A stretch of 62,970 nucleotides of DNA, filler included, from Octopus bimaculoides (Eukaryota): the NCBI RefSeq assembly GCF_001194135.2. It is 4 parts of 4 records of this genome, joined end to end, with 100 filler letters (N's around TTAATTAATTAA, not from the genome) between each part and the next. Parts side by side here need not be neighbours in the genome. Positions count along the whole stretch, not along the records: positions 41,617 to 57,450 come from NC_068987.1; positions 57,551 to 62,970 come from NC_068983.1; 2 more parts are not named here. One strand, given 5' to 3'. Position 1 is the stretch's first letter; every line of letters begins with the position of its first letter. Made by a program: the position numbers and the translations under genes. The notes under the pieces were generated by a model that was not told where the DNA came from, did not search any database, and saw nothing but the letters and a program-made list of their open reading frames with translations. Positions 55,075 to 62,970 of the stretch are shown here, in pieces.

Positions 55075-56585
55075 GCTATATCTAAATAAGAGTGTATCTT
55101 TGTATTATGTTCAACTACACCGCTTGACAACCGAGTTGGTTTATTTTTGACCGAGTAACTTAGCTTTCCCAGCAAAAGGAGTCCGATAAAATAGGTGTCA
55201 GTCTGAAAGAGAAAAGAAGTAGTGGATTCGTTTACTTCAAAGACTAAACTCATCAAGGCGGTGCCCCAGCATGGCCGCAGTCAAATGATTGAAAGAAGTA
55301 AAAGGAGATAAATGAAGAAAAAGAGCGGCCACTATTATTTTATTTGATGCCATTTAAACAGAGGTTTGCTATGAACGAGCAGATTCATCTCCAAAGACAA
55401 TCCAGTTTTGACCATCACTTTTTCCCTACCTCATAAACTAAATTATGCGAGTTTCTACTTCTTAAAATATATTAAAAAATTTTTTTCGAGATATGAAATA
55501 TGGGTTATGTGACTGCTATTTCTAGCATGTGAAGTGACCACAGAGTGTCTCATTAATGCGCTGTATTCCCTGCACGTTCTAATGCCAGAGATTACTCTAG
55601 TATTTCTAAAAGAAAGGGAAGGGTAATGGGTCCAAAGCCTTCCACATGGCTACTGCATTGCAGGAATCCAGACCGATTTCCACTAAATGTAAATTCCATG
55701 TGATGTAGGTCATCCGCGTTCATTTTTATTTATTTATTCATCTATTTATTTATTGAGGTGTCAGATAAATTCGTTCGTTGGTTTTTTCCTCTTTTTTTTT
55801 GTGCTTAGCACTCCATAAGTCGGAAAAGAGGAATAATTTATTCAAATTAAGCAATAAACAAAGTCATAGAGGAAGAATAATTTCCACAAAAAAGTGTCAT
55901 AAAACACAGCCATAAAATATATTTTTTTGTGTGTTTATTCAAATAACATAGAAAGAGATTGAAATAATTTTGGGCACACACACACAAACACACNNNNNNN
56001 NNNNNNNNNNNNNNNNNNNNNNNNNNNNNNNNNNNNNNNNNNNNNNNNNNNNNNNNNNNNNNNNNNNNNNNNNNNNNNNNNNNNNNNNNNNNNNNNNNNN
56101 NNNNNNNNNNNNNNNNNNNNNNNNNNNNNNNNNNNNNNNNNNNNNNNNNNNNNNNNNNNNNNNNNNNNNNNNNNNNNNNNNNNNNNNNNNNNNNNNNNNN
56201 NNNNNNNNNNNNNNNNNNNNNNNNNNNNNNNNNNNNNNNNNNNNNNNNNNNNNNNNNNNNNNNNNNNNNNNNNNNNNNNNNNNNNNNNNNNNNNNNNNNN
56301 NNNNNNNNNNNNNNNNNNNNNNNNNNNNNNNNNNNNNNNNNNNNNNNNNNNNNNNNNNNNNNNNNNNNNNNNNNNNNNNNNNNNNNNNNNNNNNNNNNNN
56401 NNNNNNNNNNNNNNNNNNNNNNNNNNNNNNNNNNNNNNNNNNNNNNNNNNNNNNNNNNNNNNNNNNNNNNNNNNNNNNNNNNNNNNNNNNNNNNNNNNNN
56501 NNNNNNNNNNNNNNNNNNNNNNNNNNNNNNNNNNNNNNNNNNNNNNNNNNNNNNNNNNNNNNNNNNNNNNNNNNNNNNNNNNNNN

Positions 56586-56629
<44 letters not shown>

Positions 56630-57450
56630 ATTCAAACTTCAAAGGAAGGACAACTGGACATATTATTTAAATAGCTTAATATCTTATCACATTTGATATT
56701 TAATACAAAAACCTTGATAATGACATCTAACTATCGATGCAATCAATAAATCGATATTTCAGAGAACATTTTCTTTGTAAAATATAATTCATATAAATAT
56801 ACATTATACATTCATACATATTTTGAGTTTTACATACATACATATATACATACATACATACATACATACATACATACATACATACAGTCAGACAGAGAAA
56901 TCGACCGGCTGATTCGTACATTACAAGTGCAATCTGTGAGTGGAACAGTAAAAATATGCAAGACTTTTCTCAAGTTTCAAATGTGAATTTGTCTACCTTA
57001 ACTACATCTCAAAGATGGAGCCGTGTATTTTTGTTGGAAACCGGCTCCCTTCTCAGTGGTATATTTATAATAATTAACAAAGAGAAGAGACATACATACA
57101 TACATACATACATACATACATACATACATACATACATACATACATGTCCTGACACATTTTTCTCACACACTTTTTCTTCCTCTAAACCCTGAGATTGCAT
57201 CTTTTAATGTCTCTGCTCATATTCTCTGGAAATATAAAGATCGCAGGATCAGAGAGACTAGTCTGAGTGATATGTTTGACTGACATTACACTTGAACAGT
57301 TATAAGCTTAAAAGAAGATGGTGAAATCCGTGCTCATATTTGTACACTGAAGTAGCTACAACAGATAAAAATCAAAGTGAACTCCAGCAAAATACGAAAA
57401 CGAAAAGGTTGTTGCCGTATGGCAGCCGATCGACCAACATAGTGCTAATC

Positions 57451-57550
57451 NNNNNNNNNNNNNNNNNNNNNNNNNNNNNNNNNNNNNNNNNNNNTTAATT
57501 AATTAANNNNNNNNNNNNNNNNNNNNNNNNNNNNNNNNNNNNNNNNNNNN
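57451..57550. other. Artificial scaffold linker
   Basis: 44 N + TTAATTAATTAA (57495-57506) + 44 N. Confidence 0.95.
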
Positions 57551-57591
<41 letters not shown>

Positions 57592-57817
57592 AAGATATGT
57601 AATTGTAAGATCCAAGGTTTTTAGAAAGCTTCGAACAGCCCGTGGTAGGTATAAAATAAAACAACTTTCAGGAACAGTAATAGTTTATTGCCGTAGAAGG
57701 CTTTAGGTCTTTCCCACACCGAAGTTCGATAAGCTGAAAAAAAGTTCATGGTTACCAACTAGGTTTACCATGAATGCGAATAAAATTACAAATTGAGGGA
57801 ATGGAGTAGGTAAAATC

Positions 57818-57903
57818 CAGGCTACATATGTTTCATAGCTAGCAGAACCACAGGAGTAATAATTACTCAACAAGAGGTACTCCACTAGCTACTCATCAGG
57901 TCG
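57818..57903 (-). ncRNA. Type I hammerhead ribozyme motif with extended stem II
   Basis: CTGATGA-GTAGCTAG-(42 nt)-CTAGCTAT-GAAA-C-ATAT-G-T-A; stem I is degenerate. Confidence 0.75.
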
Positions 57904-58149
57904 AAGATACCTTAGTTAAATGAACGTTACATCGTCGTTAAAGAATCCGAAGTTAACTCGGCGGAGATTTAATTTAACATGAGTGGTGAAGCCGGAGGAA
58001 CGCAGTGAAAAATCAAAATAGAAAAACATGTACGAAGAAATAAAATGATCGACAATAGAAAAGAAGGTGCAGGTCAAAAATATGAGAGTGAACAATTGGC
58101 TAAAGTCGTTAAGAATAAAGAAAGGGAGAGGGAGAAGAAGGGGTAATTT

Positions 58150-58345
58150 AGGGTATTGGACTCGCGATCGTAAGATTGTGGTTTCGATCCCTAGACCAGG
58201 TGATCAGTTGTGTTCTTGACCAAAGCACTTCATTTCCCATTGCCTCATACCACTCTGCTATAGAAATGAGTTTAGAGGGATGGGCCCCGTCAGGCTTTAT
58301 CGCCCTAGATACGCTGCATGGCTGCGGCGTCCCAACGACCCACCA
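58150..58345 (+). mobile_element. tRNA-derived SINE, degenerate (family A-like head)
   Basis: GGACTCGCGATCGTAAGATTGTGGTTTCGATCCC head. Confidence 0.6.
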
Positions 58346-59225
58346 CCACCAAGAGGTTAAGAGTTTTATCATTCACATTGATGCTGACTGAGGGGAAGGT
58401 CACTGTGAATATTAAGCTAGGGTCATTTTACTATGTCAGCAGTAAATAAATGTATTGTCGCACACAAGTATATACATTTACATAGAATCAAAATAAAAGA
58501 AAAGAATTTATAGAAGTGAAATAGTCAGGAATGGGAAGAAAAGAAATCAAATAGTTAGGAGTGAGAGTAAGGGGGATTTGCTAGAAAAGAAGAGGTGGAA
58601 TAAAGAGAGGGAGATGGATAACGTCACTAGTCATTAGGGGAACATAGCAATCAGAGGTAAATTAGTGACTTACTACTTAACAGTAAAACTATATATTCGC
58701 ATACCCACTCGCACTCGCGTACGTTTTCTGTGCGTCTATAGTACCCTATAAATGTGCACGCGTGCGTACGCATTTGCATATTCTCATGTGAGGAGAGGAA
58801 GATGTAGGGAGATCAAAGGGTTAAGAAAATACAAAGGTAGCTAAAACAGTTGTATTATAAATACATAGAAATGTTTCAAATGGGCGTGGGAATGCCGGAG
58901 GAATAATTAGGGAATAATTGGGGATGACGCTATTATTTGTACCTTAAGAATATGTTACATAACTTGTGTTTACATTAAAGAATTAGGTTGTTCCGTTCAT
59001 TCAGCCATTCGCTGCATTGCCTAATAGATAAGACTTCTGCGATGCAGAGATCGCATTTGTTGTTATAACTGTTATACGGTTTGGCATGGGTAACGATAGA
59101 CCATTTGAAATTGTATAGAAGTGAGTTTTGTTTTAGGTTATGAATGAGCCTACATAAAAAAAGTGTTGTCATGCATGGATATCGTTTTCTTTTTTAACCC
59201 CAAGATAATCATAATACTCCACTTT

Positions 59226-59268
<43 letters not shown>

Positions 59269-59439
59269 TTTAATTGTTTTAAATTCTGCATAAAGAGGAG
59301 GAGCTGGTTTCTAACAAAGAAACAAAATTCCAACGCGTGAATTTCGATGATTATAACGGTGAAGTGTTACACGTTAAGCTTTAGAAAGGGCGTTTTTGTT
59401 TGTTTTCTTTTTTATTACTGTTCCGTGTACAGACTGTAT

Positions 59440-59680
59440 TTTTAAAACGTGTGTTAACTAATCACTTTCTTTGACTGAAAATCTCCACTTTTTGAGAATG
59501 CTACTTTGGCGTTTATTAATAGATTACCACGTGTACAAATAATTATATTTATAAATCTAACACTGTAACCCTGCCAGGGATGTTGTAAGTTTCGAAGCAG
59601 TTGTCTGTAAACATTCTCTGTCGCAGTGATTTTGAAAGAAATGTTCACATCTGCAGTGCAGCTGACCTCTATAACTTCAC
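59440..59680 (-). mobile_element. RLE-type LINE endonuclease remnant
   Basis: EVSCTADVNISFKITATENVYRQLLRNLQ...VRFINIII is homologous to 54024-54240. Confidence 0.65.
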
Positions 59681-60816
59681 ATAATTATTCTGTGTGCATG
59701 AATATATATGTGGAGAAGGGAATATAGATTTGTGTCTAATTATATAAGCGCTATCGCCATAGTTAAAGCCTACTGAAAGATCGATGGCGTGGATAATAAA
59801 CTTTACCACCCCATTCACACCATTTGCAGAATGCACCGTCATAAATATTCAAATTACAGGCATTAAAATCTAATTATTGTCTTTGTTTCAGAGATAATAG
59901 ACTGCTTTATTCAATTGGCACTGATGTTTGCCTCGCGGTAGGATATGTATGTATATGTGTATATATGAATATGAATGTGTGTGCACGTGTGTATGCATGT
60001 GCATGCGTATGTATATTGAGTCTATAATTAATCGAGTTAAGTTGTGAAATACTGCAAGATGTACGCAAAAAAATTCTTACACTGCTAAAAAATGTTTCCC
60101 GTTCTTAAAGAAACAAAATAAAAGCCAGACGATAGTCGCGAGAATTTCTCGTGATGAAAGAGTGAGATAATTTCTCAAAATTAAGAATGAATTTCACAAA
60201 ATTAATTCACATGATTTAGGGAAAATTTGATATTTGCTTGCAGGCAAAAGGCTTGTTTTAATCAGTATAATACATCTTATTCAGTTCTGCCTTGATCAGT
60301 TGAGAATATTTTACATATAGGAAAAGAGTTATGAATAATATTTTTATCAATTTGAAATTCATAACTAAAAGCTGAAATGAATTTACGAAATAACTCAAAT
60401 GGGCTTATGGTATGGCTTTATATAAGTTATTTAAGACGTAAGTAAACTGAGTGACATATGCAAAGGTAAATAAATCTATTTAAAGATATCAATTATTAAT
60501 TTTTTGAAATTATTACTTTCCTCAAAAGGCTTTTTTTTTCTCCTCGTAAGAGATAAATTGCAACTACCTGAAAATTCGTTTGCCTTCAGGCTTCCATACC
60601 TTATTACATATTTATCTATATTTATGTTTCAAATTATTTTCTTGAACTCATCTTTTTTTATGCACTGATATCAACCAAAACTTATCTTTTACTTTTGAAC
60701 CCTATCAACTGCCTCTTCAATGACAATCATATGCTAGAAAGATATAGAGGTAAGGTCCCTGCCCATAATAACCTGCATTACACCAGAGCCGCAAAAATCA
60801 TCTTCAAGAGTCGGTT

Positions 60817-61113
60817 TTAACTAAAATAAATTCCTTTTAAATAACCAGAAGACAGGCCCTCAATGTGTTTATCCAAATATGCATCGCAAATGAAAAATGG
60901 TGATTCAGTTTCTTTCATGATTTTCTGGTCGATTTCAGAAAGAACGAGTCTATTTTGATATGAGTCCTACTACTTCTCCATGAAATACCCGTTGTATTTA
61001 AGAAGTATTTTATCCTGCTTCAGGGCAGATTGAACTGTTTCAGAGAAGGTTTTGGTCTGGAGGCTCCTTCTCCCAAAGGGTTTATGTATATAACCTTTCC
61101 CCACTCCCGGATA
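60817..61113 (-). pseudogene. Decayed P-loop NTPase-like frame
   Basis: 99-codon frame with YPGVGKGY (Walker A-like) and PFFICDAY (Walker B-like), broken by TAG TAG at 60967-60972. Confidence 0.3.
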
Positions 61114-61654
61114 TTGTTACTGTTTTTATTATTATTAATTCAAATATGTTCAACGTATAGTAACCATTTCAAAAACTCCTTCCAAACGGCACATGTTATA
61201 TGGATTCTAATCTTAAATAGTTGTATATTATTACTCCTACTGGAAAATACTGCGCCATCTTCGAATAGACGGACTTCTTTTTCTAAAATCTCATCTACTT
61301 TCTTTTCTATGTTCTCTCTTTTGAAATTGTGTTTCGTTCGTTTGTCGTCTGCTTTTTTTTTACCAATTTTTCTGTGTTTGTGCGTTCATTTTGTTTTTGT
61401 TTTCATTGCACCCCACAAGTCCAAATATCTTTAGGTCTCTATCTAATTTCTATTTCTAATACATGTTTTCTAATCGCCCTTACCCTCTTCTATGTATATA
61501 TCTCTGTACTTATATTAGATGATATATTAGATGTATTAGTCTAGATATCTGTATCTATAATAGATATTAACTTTTAACTCACAACTTTTCCAGCATTACA
61601 TATGTTCTTCTTTCTTTTCTTTCTTTCACAAGATCTCCCTCCTTTTCCACTATA

Positions 61655-61890
61655 CAGCAATCCTTGACTATCGTGGGTGTTATGTTCCAAAACCTCCCAC
61701 AGAAATAATTAAAATCTAAAACATATATAAATACTTATCGGCTGCAGAAACCCGCGATATACTGAGGAGTCCGTGATATAAATTTACATATTGTTTCCAG
61801 AAAAATCCGCGATGTACTGAGTGTATGATAGGTAAACCATGATGTATTGGGTGAACGATAGGTGAACCGTGACATGGCAAGGGATTACTG
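61655..61890. mobile_element. Tigger/pogo-like MITE with TA TSD
   Basis: TA-CAGCAATCCTTG...CAAGGGATTACTG-TA imperfect TIRs. Confidence 0.7.
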
Positions 61891-62351
61891 TATCATACTT
61901 ATTTGTTTTGTGATACTCATTCAGTCTTGTTTCTATTTTTTTACGACTTATATTTTTTTATATTTTATATTTCTGAAACTTCGAATTGATTGACTTCTAA
62001 AACTGTTGCTTTCCTTTGCTGCAATTATTATGTCTTTTATCATGTATTTATGCGAGATACTCAGTTGTGTTAAACTTGTATCCGTTTTAAATTTTCATAT
62101 TACTTTCTGCCAGCGGTCGATCTTATTGTCCAACTGATTCTATCAAATTTGAAATGTTATAACCCCACCCTGATTGGAATAAGCTCTAAATATGTGTTTG
62201 ATAAGTTACCAAATTATTATCACTGCGCTGTTTATAAGCATTTATAATCCAGTGTATTGTTCGAAAGTATCGCTTCTTTCTGATGGTCGATTACGGGAAA
62301 CTTTGAGTGGAATTTTCAAAGCATCAACACACGCACACACACGCGCACGTG

Positions 62352-62424
<73 letters not shown>

Positions 62425-62464
62425 CATACATACATACATACATACATACATACATTCATACATA

Positions 62465-62700
62465 TATAGAGGGTGGCGCAAGAAAAAGTAGCCCGGGCTC
62501 CATAGCATAGAGTAAATATAGAAATAAATTTATTCGTTTGCTCTAGTCAGCCACTTTTAAGAGCTGTACGCATGTGAACTGTAGCGCGCCACTTCTTAAC
62601 TAGCATTTGTATCGTTCTTGACTTCAAAAATTTCATGCGTTTGCTTAACAGAGCCCGTTCTTACATACGTTTCCACAATCCCAACCCTTTCCGCTTTTGG
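62465..62700 (+). mobile_element. Possible Tc1/mariner end
   Basis: TA-GAGGGTGGCGCAAGAAAAAG start; partner TIR not found. Confidence 0.3.
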
Positions 62701-62970
62701 GTACGTCATCTTACAGGAAAGGCTAGAGATGTTCCCTCAGTGTAGTCTTACTATTAACTAATGGGGTGATAATGCAGTGGGGATAACGTAGCAAACAGTC
62801 GACTAATGCACCATCTTTGTTCAGCAGTTACAAGCGGTCGAAATAAATAGCACAATCACACTTGCAGACAAAGTGTGGTTTTCCGTATGTGTAAATTTAT
62901 ATCTGCATTTACACTATGGTGAAGAACCCGGGTTACTGTTTGTGAACCACCCAATATATATATATATATA

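Larger units (their letters stand above)
57600..59180 (-). mobile_element. Penelope-like element 3' portion (endonuclease C-terminus + long terminal region)
   Basis: LKQNSLLYNFKWSIVTHAKPYNSYNNKCDLCIAEVLSI...WLNER (58975-59172) matches PLE GIY-YIG C-termini; the hammerhead lies downstream on the same strand. Boundaries approximate. Confidence 0.7.

Overview
Repeat-dense, AT-rich animal genomic DNA, most consistent with an octopus (inferred from the tRNA-derived SINE families and the heavy microsatellite load; not proven). There are no prokaryotic features, no CRISPR array and no complete host gene that I can support. Three artificial 100-bp joins (44 N + TTAATTAATTAA + 44 N) split the window into four scaffold pieces: 1-27033, 27134-41516, 41617-57450 and 57551-62970. 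Most recognisable sequence is transposon-derived: R4/Dong and other RLE LINE ends, a decayed Gypsy element carrying a better-preserved in-frame RTE LINE insert, at least four Penelope-like elements (PLEs), mariner, hAT and Tigger-like remnants, and several SINE families. The most interesting signal is a set of type I hammerhead ribozyme motifs in PLE termini. One (57818-57903, minus strand) keeps the full catalytic core, an 8-bp stem II and a palindromic stem III, although its stem I is degenerate. Also present: a PLE with an internal inversion and inverted termini, a 161-bp local inverted duplication, a decayed P-loop NTPase-like frame, and a few unverified candidate exons and promoter motifs.
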